Positions 7,876 to 15,137 of a DNA stretch of 20,000 nt are shown here, piece by piece. The stretch lies in the IMG/VR virus record IMGVR_UViG_3300028809_000010, one strand, 5' to 3'. Made by a program: the position numbers and the translations under genes. The stretch's first letter is position 1; each line of letters starts with the position of its first letter. The notes beneath the pieces were generated by a model, which was not told where the DNA came from, did not search any database, and was given only the letters and a program-made list of their open reading frames with translations. This stretch comes from an uncultured virus (IMG/VR IMGVR_UViG_3300028809_000010) (taxonomy: Duplodnaviria; Heunggongvirae; Uroviricota; Caudoviricetes).

Positions 7876-8100
7876 TCAACCGGGAAGCATCTCAGGCGCT
7901 ATCTGCGCGAATTTCAGTCCGTGCCTGCGCATGTGGGACTTCAGCAACTCCAGGGACTGCTTCCGGGGGCATTCACCGACCCGGCAAAGACCGTGCAGCG
8001 TCTGGTACGTCAGCGACCGCAGCACCTCTTCCCATTCGTAGGTGGTGCCGACCTCGGGGGCTGCGTGGCTCACTTGTAGAGCGGGGACGGGGCTTGCCAT
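7876..8100 (-). CDS. Hypothetical protein (74 aa, H/C motif HGLCRVGECPRK)
   Basis: SD GAAAGGAAGG upstream on the minus strand; last gene of a leftward operon. Confidence 0.65.
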   Translation of the reverse strand: MASPVPALQVSHAAPEVGTTYEWEEVLRSLTYQTLHGLCRVGECPRKQSLELLKSHMRRHGLKFAQIAPEMLPG

Positions 8101-8351
8101 TCCACGGCCTTCCTTTCACTGTCCGGGGGTGGAATCGGGAAGTCCCATCCCTTGTCGCGGCAGATCTCCAGTAGCTGCCAGCGGCGCAGACACGAGCTGC
8201 GGCAGTTACCAGGCCCGGCCTCGCAGTTTCGATGCGACCACAGCCAAGTCCGGACCTGCTCTGGCCACTCGGCGAGGTAGTGCATCGACTCGGGCAGCGC
8301 ATCGTGCTCCAGAACGGAGGGGTTGTACGCGCGGGGGGTGCGGTCCTTCAT
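8070..8351 (-). CDS. Hypothetical protein (93 aa, H/C motif HRNC..C..C)
   Basis: ATGA-coupled to the upstream minus-strand ORF. Confidence 0.6.
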   Translation of the reverse strand: MKDRTPRAYNPSVLEHDALPESMHYLAEWPEQVRTWLWSHRNCEAGPGNCRSSCLRRWQLLEICRDKGWDFPIPPPDSERKAVEWQAPSPLYK

Positions 8352-8497
8352 GACAGATCCTTGAGGTGGAGACCCGTCGCGCCGGAGAGCGCATCATCCG
8401 GCACGACGGGGGTTTCGGGGGCGCCGGGGAGCAGTAGGCACAGCGCGATCACGGCCAGGCTCGGCGACAGGGGTACCAGCAGTGAGACAGTCCACAT
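8348..8497 (-). CDS. Small hydrophobic/membrane peptide (49 aa)
   Basis: Strong SD GAAAGGGAG; MWTVSLLVPLSPSLAVIALCLLLPG...; not in the ORF track because of its size. Confidence 0.6.
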   Translation of the reverse strand: MWTVSLLVPLSPSLAVIALCLLLPGAPETPVVPDDALSGATGLHLKDLS

Positions 8498-8601
8498 CGC
8501 TCTCCCTTTCGATGAGGCAGACTAGTAAGTCCGGTCACCAGACCATCCCACCCGGCCTAGAATTTTGTCCAGAGGGACACGCCAGAGGAGATGGACAACC
8601 C

Positions 8602-9207
8602 ATGCCGACCGTTGGACAGATCATTGCCTCGCGCCGCAAGCAACTCGGATTGAGTCAACCGGAGCTCGCCAAGCTGGTCGGCATATCAGAACGCCAGGTC
8701 AGCCGCTACGAGACCGACGATCAGAAGCTCAGCTTCGAAGGCGCGATAGCCATGTCCGACGCCTTGCAGATCAGCCTCGGAGAGCTCGCTGGACAGCTGG
8801 CAATGGGGGTTGACCTCGGAGGGCCCTGGCACGCGTGCTGGCAGACAACTCGCGAGGGTCTGGAGCAGATCAACCGCCATCAGGTCTCGGTGACGCACAC
8901 AACGGATTTCGTGACGCTGCGCGCTGGTGGCGACTACTCGTGGGCTGCGGAATTCCGGGTGGTAGACGACACGATGGGCGGCAGGTACTCAGCCCTCGAG
9001 CGCAACGAAAGGTCCTTGGGGCAGATGTTCTTCCACATACACCCCAACGGCGACGCCGCGATCGGGCGCTGGACAGGCCGCTGGGTGGACGGGATCGTCG
9101 GTGACGGTTGGGGAACTCTTGCCCGCACAGCTAGTCGGGCGGATAGACTCATGGGACTGGTACGCGATCTGCCCTATCTGACTGCCTGGCCCCTGGAGGA
9201 CTCGTGA
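8602..9207 (+). CDS. XRE-family HTH regulator with a C-terminal beta-rich domain
   Basis: IIASRRKQLGLSQPELAKLVGISERQVSRYE HTH; Trp/Gly-rich beta strands afterwards; start set at ATG 8602 with GAGGAG upstream. Confidence 0.85.
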   Translation: MPTVGQIIASRRKQLGLSQPELAKLVGISERQVSRYETDDQKLSFEGAIAMSDALQISLGELAGQLAMGVDLGGPWHACWQTTREGLEQINRHQVSVTHTTDFVTLRAGGDYSWAAEFRVVDDTMGGRYSALERNERSLGQMFFHIHPNGDAAIGRWTGRWVDGIVGDGWGTLARTASRADRLMGLVRDLPYLTAWPLEDS

Positions 9208-9491
9208 GGATCTACGCACCGTTCGATCGCGAAGAGACTTGGCACAGGACTAGTGCTGACGGCGTCGATGTCACCTGGAAGATAGCCGGTGGGGAAGCTC
9301 GGGTGATGTTCGTCCAGCCCGGCGATCACTGCTTCCCCGCCGACGCCTACCCCACCCTGACCGAGGCGAGGGAGCGCTTACCCGAGTTCGGTCACCACTG
9401 GGACCTGATTCACCAGGAGCTCGTCGACAATCTCGGCTCCCCGTCGTCGGCGACACGCCAGCACGCGGAGTTCTTCAGCCTGCCGCACTGA
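9204..9491 (+). CDS. Hypothetical protein (95 aa)
   Basis: GTGA overlap with the XRE gene, SD GGAGGA. Confidence 0.7.
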   Translation: MRIYAPFDREETWHRTSADGVDVTWKIAGGEARVMFVQPGDHCFPADAYPTLTEARERLPEFGHHWDLIHQELVDNLGSPSSATRQHAEFFSLPH

Positions 9492-9503
9492 CCCCCCCAC
9501 GAG

Positions 9504-9544
9504 AGAAGCCCCCACCTGGAGTCGCATCCGGGTCGGGGGCTTCT
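9504..9544. terminator. Terminator-like hairpin between convergent genes
   Basis: AGAAGCCCCCACCTGGA / TCCGGGTCGGGGGCTTCT. Confidence 0.75.
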
Positions 9545-9612
9545 GTGCTCTGCTAGGGCCTTAGGTCACCTACTGTTGAGTACATCCTAAATTGAAGGAC
9601 AAGAGTTCCGGT

Positions 9613-10035
9613 TTAGTCGCGCATCCCTTCGATCAGGCGGAGCTGCATGTCGGCGGCCTGATCGGTGAGCTCGGTGAGGGCTTCGTGGACGTCGGGAGGT
9701 AGTTCCACGGGTCGGGTGAGGCGTCGCAGCAGCTCGATCTGGGTGAGCATGGCCTTGACTTCGCTGGGGAGTCCCTGGCCGGGCTTCGGTGTACTGGGTG
9801 GCTCAAAGCCCTGTGCCAGGCGTTCCACAGTCCCTTCGGGCCACTTGAGCCCCTTGTCGAGTTTGCGCAGCGTGCCGGTCTGGGTCTTCTCGCTCAGGCG
9901 CCCGGCCTCGATGTTGATGATCGTGGGCTCACTAGCCTCCCCACGCTCCGCGACCTCTTTCTGGGTTAGCCCGAGCTCATCCCGACGAGCGCGCACATGA
10001 CGTGCGACATGGTCTGCGTACGGGTGCGAGTTCAT
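9613..10035 (-). CDS. Immunity repressor-like XRE HTH protein (140 aa)
   Basis: VRARRDELGLTQKEVAERGEASEPTIINIEAG...TLRKLDKGLKWPEG; divergent from a Cro-like gene. Confidence 0.8.
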   Translation of the reverse strand: MNSHPYADHVARHVRARRDELGLTQKEVAERGEASEPTIINIEAGRLSEKTQTGTLRKLDKGLKWPEGTVERLAQGFEPPSTPKPGQGLPSEVKAMLTQIELLRRLTRPVELPPDVHEALTELTDQAADMQLRLIEGMRD

Positions 10036-10041
10036 ACACAG

Positions 10042-10070
10042 ATCATGCCGTGTATAACTTTTTGAGGCAA
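10042..10070 (-). promoter_or_regulatory. Probable leaderless promoter of the repressor
   Basis: Minus strand TTGCCT-N17-CATGAT-N6-ATG; no SD. Confidence 0.6.
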
Positions 10071-10116
10071 GAGGCGATGCCCATGTCCGCCGGATGTCCC
10101 CTCTGACCTGGGAGTT

Positions 10117-10144
10117 TGCGACTTCTTAGCTGCGACTAAAAAGT
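10117..10144. repeat. Tandem 14-bp imperfect repeat, candidate operators
   Basis: TGCGACTTCTTAGC (10117-10130) and TGCGACTAAAAAGT (10131-10144) in the AT-rich switch region. Confidence 0.5.
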
Positions 10145-10171
10145 TCCTAAAAAATACATGCCCGCTAGGTC

Positions 10172-10201
10172 TTGGCAACTAAAGACTGCTTGTGATGTAG
10201 T
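10172..10201 (+). promoter_or_regulatory. Possible leaderless rightward early promoter
   Basis: TTGGCA-N18-TGTAGT-N6-ATG(10208); the -10 is imperfect. Confidence 0.4.
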
Positions 10202-10207
10202 TCATAT

Positions 10208-10444
10208 ATGCAACGACCGATTCGCACCAATGGCACACAGATTCCTGTACCGATTGAGTGGGTACGGAAGCACATGAATCTCACCCAGAAGGAGCTATAC
10301 GACCTGCTCCAACAGATGGGGGTCGAGTGTTCGCTATCGACGTTGTCCCACGTAGAGACCGGCAAGAGAGACTTCTCCGCTGAGATGGCCCGCAACGTCG
10401 GCACCGCGATCTCCAGGATCATCGCCCAGCGGGAGCAGTCGTGA
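10208..10444 (+). CDS. Cro-like XRE HTH protein (78 aa)
   Basis: VRKHMNLTQKEL...SLSTLSHVETGKR; first gene of the rightward operon. Confidence 0.8.
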   Translation: MQRPIRTNGTQIPVPIEWVRKHMNLTQKELYDLLQQMGVECSLSTLSHVETGKRDFSAEMARNVGTAISRIIAQREQS

Positions 10445-10587
10445 TCACCCCCGAAGTAGTAGCCGACAAGGCTCGCAAGCTGGGTCCGATGCCAGCCCAT
10501 ATCGAGCACCTTCTGCTCTCTCGCTTCTCAGAAGCTATCTGCCAGCAATTCGAAGCTGGAGAATCCGTCAATACCCCTGCCGCATAA
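10441..10587 (+). CDS. Hypothetical protein (48 aa)
   Basis: GTGA overlap, SD GGGAG. Confidence 0.55.
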   Translation: MITPEVVADKARKLGPMPAHIEHLLLSRFSEAICQQFEAGESVNTPAA

Positions 10588-10637
10588 GCGGTTTCGCCTC
10601 CACGGCTGGTCCGTCGAGCCACCCTGTACCCGTCTTT

Positions 10638-10693
10638 GCCTCCAGCGGCTATGCAGCGGTGATCGCGCCTGGGTTCGAGTCCCGGGGGAGGCC
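10638..10693 (+). ncRNA. Minimal tRNA-like element (acceptor stem + T arm, no normal D or anticodon arm)
   Basis: GCCTCC/GGAGGC stacked on CCTGGG-TTCGAGT-CCCGGG; only 24 nt between them; ends C-CTA rather than CCA. Confidence 0.6.
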
Positions 10694-10699
10694 CTAAAT

Positions 10700-10932
10700 C
10701 CAACGGCTACGGCTGGTTGGCGTGCGCAAGCACGGGTTCGGCAGCACCTTGGCAGCTGCACGGTTCGACCCACACCTACAAACGCGAGCTCCGGTTCGTG
10801 GAAGTGGGTCACCTTAACGTGCATGTATGCGAATACGTGCATGAGATGTGGGCGTATACGGGAGGCCCGACAGTCCCGGTAAGACCAACGGCCACCTACA
10901 CCTTCGTGACGCGAAGAGGTAAGGCCCACATC
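10700..10932 (+). ncRNA. Multi-hairpin structured RNA of unknown class
   Basis: Hairpins with C(UACG)G 10700-10720, GCAA 10721-10734, C(UCCG)G 10783-10800, GCGA 10818-10843; enclosing stems 10767-10773/10804-10810 and 10845-10853/10924-10932. Confidence 0.7.
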
Positions 10933-10936
10933 CCCT

Positions 10937-11019
10937 GGACCGGTAGCTCAACGGAAGAGCACTGCCGCGCGGATCAACAGGTACAGAAGACGCAGGTTCG
11001 AATCCTGCCCGGTCCCCCA
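10937..11019 (+). tRNA. tRNA-like gene with an aberrant, expanded anticodon arm (isotype undetermined)
   Basis: GGACCGG/CCGGTCC acceptor, TA, GCTC-AACGGAA-GAGC D arm, GCAGG-TTCGAAT-CCTGC T arm, C discriminator, encoded CCA; anticodon arm 8 nt too long with a 13-nt loop. Confidence 0.8.
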
Positions 11020-11055
11020 ATCCGATTCCACCCCAACATCTTTCAAGGAGGCATC

Positions 11056-11178
11056 ATGCCCAGACTCACCAGCCAACAGGTCGCCGACGTTCTGATGCGG
11101 CACAGCCGGTACTTCTCCCACTCCGGCTACGGCCAGGACCCCAATGTCAGCGCCCAGCTCGTCGAGGTTCTGCCGTGA
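11056..11178 (+). CDS. Small hypothetical protein (40 aa)
   Basis: SD AAGGAGG; GTGA-coupled to the next gene. Confidence 0.6.
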   Translation: MPRLTSQQVADVLMRHSRYFSHSGYGQDPNVSAQLVEVLP

Positions 11179-11474
11179 CGGCGTCGGTGGAGGACTTCGA
11201 GATGACCCGCCACGCCCTCGAGCGAGTTCAGGACATGCTGGTCACCCCGGAGGAGATCCGGCAGGCGATGCTGAACCCCATCAAGATCAAGCCTCACTAC
11301 AGCCAGAAGCACGGCCTCGGTGAGTACTACTTCAGCGGGCGGATAGCACTGGTAGTCGTCACCGACGCCGAGACCCGTAAGCGCCGCGTCATCACCGTCG
11401 TCTGGCGGCGAGACCGGATGTGGGCCAAGGACTTCCGGCAGTTCGGACCGTACGGCGACAGGGCCCCCCGATGA
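11175..11474 (+). CDS. DUF4258-like protein (putative BECR/RelE-like RNase fold)
   Basis: MTRHALERV...TPEEIRQAMLNP...IALVV...VITV pattern. Confidence 0.65.
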   Translation: MTASVEDFEMTRHALERVQDMLVTPEEIRQAMLNPIKIKPHYSQKHGLGEYYFSGRIALVVVTDAETRKRRVITVVWRRDRMWAKDFRQFGPYGDRAPR

Positions 11475-11776
11475 ACGAGGTCCGAGAGCTGCTCGAAAGC
11501 CTGCTGACGCATGAAGGCTGGATGACCCACGGTAAATGCCGGGGAGCCAATCCGGACCGTTACCTCTCCGACAAGCTCCCGCCGTTCCCCCCGGCCGCTC
11601 GCGAAGCCCGGCTGGAGGAGCTGTGCGGCGGCTGTCCGGTGAGGCGGCAATGCGCCGGATACGCCCTCCGCGTCGAACTGACCCAGGTCATCGTCTGCGG
11701 AATCCCCCTCACCGCACACCCCGACAAGGCCCAAAAGGATGCACTCAGGGCCATCAAGGACGGAAAGAAGCCTTGA
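11471..11776 (+). CDS. whiB: WhiB-family transcription factor
   Basis: W....C.G..P, CGGCPVRRQC..YAL; turn motif diverged to VIVCG. Confidence 0.8.
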   Translation: MNEVRELLESLLTHEGWMTHGKCRGANPDRYLSDKLPPFPPAAREARLEELCGGCPVRRQCAGYALRVELTQVIVCGIPLTAHPDKAQKDALRAIKDGKKP

Positions 11777-12033
11777 GTACAGACCCCGAAATCCACACCG
11801 AATCGGTCGAGCATCTGGACTTCGAAGTGACGTGCTGCGGATGCGATAAGCCCGCCTCGGCATTGCTGTGCTGGCACGGCCACAACCCCGAATTCATCTG
11901 CCCGACCCATCACCGAATGGTCCGCGACAAGGGCGAAGGGGTTCTGGAACAGCTCGGCTCCATCTCCTGCGCGTGGTGCGGAAAGACCTTCCCGACTGTC
12001 GACGGATTCACAGAACCGAGGTACCTGAAATGA
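11773..12033 (+). CDS. Zinc-binding hypothetical protein (86 aa)
   Basis: TTGA overlap; CCGC, H, CPTH, CAWC ligands. Confidence 0.65.
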   Translation: MSTDPEIHTESVEHLDFEVTCCGCDKPASALLCWHGHNPEFICPTHHRMVRDKGEGVLEQLGSISCAWCGKTFPTVDGFTEPRYLK

Positions 12034-12194
12034 ACTTCAACCCCTACGAGCAGGTCGAATCACCGGCCGACGCTCGAGTATTCGCCAAGACGGTCCGGAG
12101 TCACTGGGTCGCTCTGGTCCAGGAGGGGTTCACCGAGGACGAGGCGTTCCGCATCATTCGGGACCTGTTCGCCGCTAACCGAGGGGGTGAGTGA
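12030..12194 (+). CDS. Hypothetical protein (54 aa)
   Basis: ATGA overlap, SD GAGGT; ALVQEGFTEDEAF motif common in small actinophage proteins. Confidence 0.7.
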   Translation: MNFNPYEQVESPADARVFAKTVRSHWVALVQEGFTEDEAFRIIRDLFAANRGGE

Positions 12195-12705
12195 GGTGCT
12201 AGTGGCCTCCGGTTTCGTTGTCGGCGTCGGTCTCTGCTTCATCGCTGTAGCCATCTTCGGGTGGAAAGAGTCGCGAGCCGAGAAGAAGAAGCCCGACAAC
12301 TTCGGTCGCCCTATCGCCGTCAAGCTCGACGCAAACCCGCATGACCGCCGCGCCGACGAACTCCGCCGAAAAGGTCTCGAGGCCGAGAACAAGGAACTCG
12401 AGGAAGAGGCCAGGCGGACCGCCTTGGAAAAGCTGGCGGAAGTGCCCGCATTCAAAAGCACTCGCTATTGCCCGAAGTGCGACAGTGAGGATCTGAATCG
12501 CCGCCATGACAAAGACTTCCGGCTCGGCTACTTCAAGCGCGTCGAGGACCCAGCGACGCGGAGCGAATTCTTCATCTCTTCCCGCTACATCAAACTGCGC
12601 GGTGAAGTACTCGCCGTCAGCTGCAACGGCTGTGGTTTCGCGATCGGCCCCGAACGCACGGCCGACTTTAGCGACAAGATCCGGCTGGTCCGCGAGGGCT
12701 GGTGA
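12187..12705 (+). CDS. Membrane-anchored protein with coiled coil and split zinc ribbon (172 aa)
   Basis: N-terminal TM helix; CPKC and CNGC. Confidence 0.7.
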   Translation: MSEVLVASGFVVGVGLCFIAVAIFGWKESRAEKKKPDNFGRPIAVKLDANPHDRRADELRRKGLEAENKELEEEARRTALEKLAEVPAFKSTRYCPKCDSEDLNRRHDKDFRLGYFKRVEDPATRSEFFISSRYIKLRGEVLAVSCNGCGFAIGPERTADFSDKIRLVREGW

Positions 12706-12716
12706 AAGGAATACCC

Positions 12717-13007
12717 ATGAACAGCAAAGAAGAACTGATCCGTCATCAATACAAGGTGCTGGCTCACGTGAAGTCCGAACGCAACCGTCTGAAAGAGATG
12801 GAGGCGGCAGCAAAGGAAGCCCTACTCGATCTGATCGGCGACGACTACACCGGTGTCTACGTGGCCCCTGACGGCGAGCTCCTGTTCCGTCGAGACTACT
12901 ACGCCTCCAGCAACTTCGACATCAAAGCCTTCCGCGAGAAGCACCCGGAGCTGGCCGAGGAGTTCACCCGCCGCAGCTCCGCGTACAAGCTGACGATCGG
13001 GGAGTGA
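12717..13007 (+). CDS. Hypothetical protein resembling the C-terminal domain of YqaJ-type exonucleases
   Basis: SD GAAAGGA; coiled coil then FDIKAFREKHPELAEEFTR. Confidence 0.6.
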   Translation: MNSKEELIRHQYKVLAHVKSERNRLKEMEAAAKEALLDLIGDDYTGVYVAPDGELLFRRDYYASSNFDIKAFREKHPELAEEFTRRSSAYKLTIGE

Positions 13008-13008
13008 C

Positions 13009-13377
13009 ATGGGCGACGTACTCGTGCTGAAAGCGGCGATCGACTACCAGATCACGATGTCCCTCGGTCAGATCGCGGGATTCACCTCGTCCACCCCGAT
13101 GCTGGCAAAAGCGCGCACTGTCTATCTCGCGCTGCTGTCGGAGCTGTCGTCGATGGCCGAGATGGACGACCCCGCAACGCATCTCCAAGGAATGATCCGG
13201 CGCACCCGAGATGACCTGGAGGGCGTGGACATCCCCAGCGAGGCCGAAATCGTCAGCCGGGGTACCGCCGCCGACTGGAACGACCTGCCTCGCTTCATCG
13301 CCGCCATCAAGGACACCTACGTCAAGTCGATGGGCGCGATGCTCGTTTACGCCGGATACGAAGTCGAAACCGAATGA
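13009..13377 (+). CDS. Hypothetical protein (122 aa)
   Basis: SD GGGGAG; tight packing. Confidence 0.7.
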   Translation: MGDVLVLKAAIDYQITMSLGQIAGFTSSTPMLAKARTVYLALLSELSSMAEMDDPATHLQGMIRRTRDDLEGVDIPSEAEIVSRGTAADWNDLPRFIAAIKDTYVKSMGAMLVYAGYEVETE

Positions 13378-13592
13378 AGAACTACGCCGGTGTTTTTTGG
13401 AAGACCCGAAGTGGCATAGGCGTCTACATTCCCGAGCTTCATGCCTACACGGAAGTCCCGGCGAACGGCAATGTCGATGCCCGCGTCCGCGATCTGATCG
13501 TCCTGAACTGCCCGAAAGATTCGTGGTGGTCCTGGAATTCGACTTTCACCCTCCAGCGTCTCAACGAGCCCCCGAAAGGATTCATGCGATGA
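13374..13592 (+). CDS. Hypothetical protein (72 aa), possibly HicB N-terminal-like
   Basis: ATGA overlaps at both ends; GVYIPELHAYTE...VDARVRDLI pattern. Confidence 0.55.
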   Translation: MKNYAGVFWKTRSGIGVYIPELHAYTEVPANGNVDARVRDLIVLNCPKDSWWSWNSTFTLQRLNEPPKGFMR

Positions 13593-14005
13593 CCGACATC
13601 AACTGGCCGCTCATGACGGAAACCCTCGACCACATCCACAAGAACCCGCACCTCTGGAACCAGGGGCTGTGGGCGTGTGGCACCCAGCGCTGCATCGCAG
13701 GCCACGCCGCCGAGCTGTCCGGCAAGATCCCAGCGGACCATGTCGTCGCGAGCGGCGGAATGATTCTCGAGCCCCGATGGCTGCACCGCATCGGCGAGGG
13801 GCTGTATCCGTCCGGCGCCGCTCACTCAGCCATTGACAGCGGTGAGCTGAAGCGGCTGCACGTCGCCGAGGTCGCCCGCGAGGCTCTGGGCCTGCCCGAC
13901 GAAGAGCTCTTCAACGGCGAGAACACCTGGGAAGACGTCATGGCCACGGTGTCGGAGTGGGCCGCCGAGGACGGAATCGACCTGCCGAAGGAGTGGTTCG
14001 CATGA
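13589..14005 (+). CDS. Conserved actinophage hypothetical protein (138 aa)
   Basis: SD GAAAGGA; P..WNQG.W.CGT..CIAGHA and A..ALGL...LF...NT motifs. Confidence 0.7.
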   Translation: MTDINWPLMTETLDHIHKNPHLWNQGLWACGTQRCIAGHAAELSGKIPADHVVASGGMILEPRWLHRIGEGLYPSGAAHSAIDSGELKRLHVAEVAREALGLPDEELFNGENTWEDVMATVSEWAAEDGIDLPKEWFA

Positions 14006-14289
14006 CCCCGCTCGAGCAGCTGGTGGGGGCCCGGGAGCTTATCGCCGAGCACGGCTGGGTCAGGGGAAACTACGGGGACCGGAACGTCGGCTTCTGCGCG
14101 CTCGGAGCACTCCACGTGGCGAGCAAGAGCTGGACCAGCTGGGGCGCCCAGAACCTCCTGGTCAAGGCGGGTGGCGCTGGAGCTCTTGGCGTGATCAGCC
14201 ACAACGACATCCACATCCAGTCCAAGCAGGAAGCCCTGGAGTGGTTCGACAAGGCGATCCGGCTGGCCCAGGCGGAGGTGGCGGCATGA
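14002..14289 (+). CDS. DUF6197-like protein
   Basis: ARELIAEHGW..G...G.FCALGAL...HND...S..EALEWFDKAI. Confidence 0.7.
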   Translation: MTPLEQLVGARELIAEHGWVRGNYGDRNVGFCALGALHVASKSWTSWGAQNLLVKAGGAGALGVISHNDIHIQSKQEALEWFDKAIRLAQAEVAA

Positions 14290-14477
14290 GCGGGCGGATC
14301 AAGATCGTCAACGACCGCGTTCTTCTCGGCGGCGAGGAGCTGACCGAAACCGACGCCAGAGACCTGATTGCCGAGCTCGAGGTCACGCTCAGCCTTCTCG
14401 AGCAGTGGCGCTACGACAAGTGGCGGCGGGAGGTCCGGGAGCGCTACGGGCCGAAGGAGGTGACTGATGGCGCGTAA
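14286..14477 (+). CDS. Hypothetical protein (63 aa)
   Basis: ATGA overlap, SD GGAGGT. Confidence 0.65.
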   Translation: MSGRIKIVNDRVLLGGEELTETDARDLIAELEVTLSLLEQWRYDKWRREVRERYGPKEVTDGA

Positions 14478-14691
14478 ACGCAACGACCGCAAAGGAACCC
14501 GCCAGACCGAGGCACGGGAGCGGCAGCTGGCCAGGGATCTCCGTACCACCGAGGAGCAGCTGGACGAGCTCAATGTCCGCTCCGGCCTGGACCGCGATGC
14601 CTGCCGCGAACGTGCCCGCCTCTACCTGCGTTCGGAGCTGGAGGAGCTGCACTTCGAAGCATGGGAGGGAGCCCTCGATGTCCATTCCTGA
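14467..14691 (+). CDS. Hypothetical protein (74 aa, charged coiled coil)
   Basis: SD AAGGAGGT. Confidence 0.7.
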   Translation: MARKRNDRKGTRQTEARERQLARDLRTTEEQLDELNVRSGLDRDACRERARLYLRSELEELHFEAWEGALDVHS

Positions 14692-15124
14692 CATGTCCTG
14701 GATGGATCGGGCCAGCTGCATCGGCCGGGCAGGGGAATTCGACGCAGAACGGCTCAACGATCTCGGCATCCGCAGCCGCCGGTATCAGGCTCAGCTCCTC
14801 TGCAATGGCTGCCCGGTCATGCGGCAATGCAACCTCCAGGCCCAAGAGCAAGGCGCGCGAGGAGTGGTCCGGGGCGGTCGCACATACACCGACGACCGGG
14901 TCAGGCCCAAGGATGATCGCTGGACGTATCCGGTGCCGACGGCCAAGGTGCTCGACGACCGCCGGACCGAGCAGTACGAAGCCCGCTACACCCGGATCTC
15001 CTCGGCGAAGTGGGAAGTCGACGGCGAGGAGATCCGGGCGGAGGAAGCGTTGGCAGCTGCCAGTCGGCGTCGCCCGTACAGCAGCCAAGCCGCTATCTAC
15101 CGATACGCATTGGAGCAGCGATGA
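14678..15124 (+). CDS. whiB: Second WhiB-family protein with C-terminal extension (148 aa)
   Basis: SD GGAGG; WMDRASC, CNGCPVMRQC, GVVRGG. Confidence 0.75.
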   Translation: MSIPDMSWMDRASCIGRAGEFDAERLNDLGIRSRRYQAQLLCNGCPVMRQCNLQAQEQGARGVVRGGRTYTDDRVRPKDDRWTYPVPTAKVLDDRRTEQYEARYTRISSAKWEVDGEEIRAEEALAAASRRRPYSSQAAIYRYALEQR

Positions 15125-15137
15125 GGGGCCTTCTCCG

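Noticed and set aside
9545..9612. attP site in an AT-richer gap
   Set aside because: No integrase, no arm-type repeats and no tRNA-derived core are visible.
10967..10975. Pairing of the expanded tRNA loop with insert positions 81-88
   Set aside because: Only 8 bp with a bulge and a G-U; expected by chance.
10717..11055. 5' extension of ORF 10717-11178
   Set aside because: TTG start without SD, runs through a tRNA-like gene and tetraloop hairpins; the strong SD is at ATG 11056.
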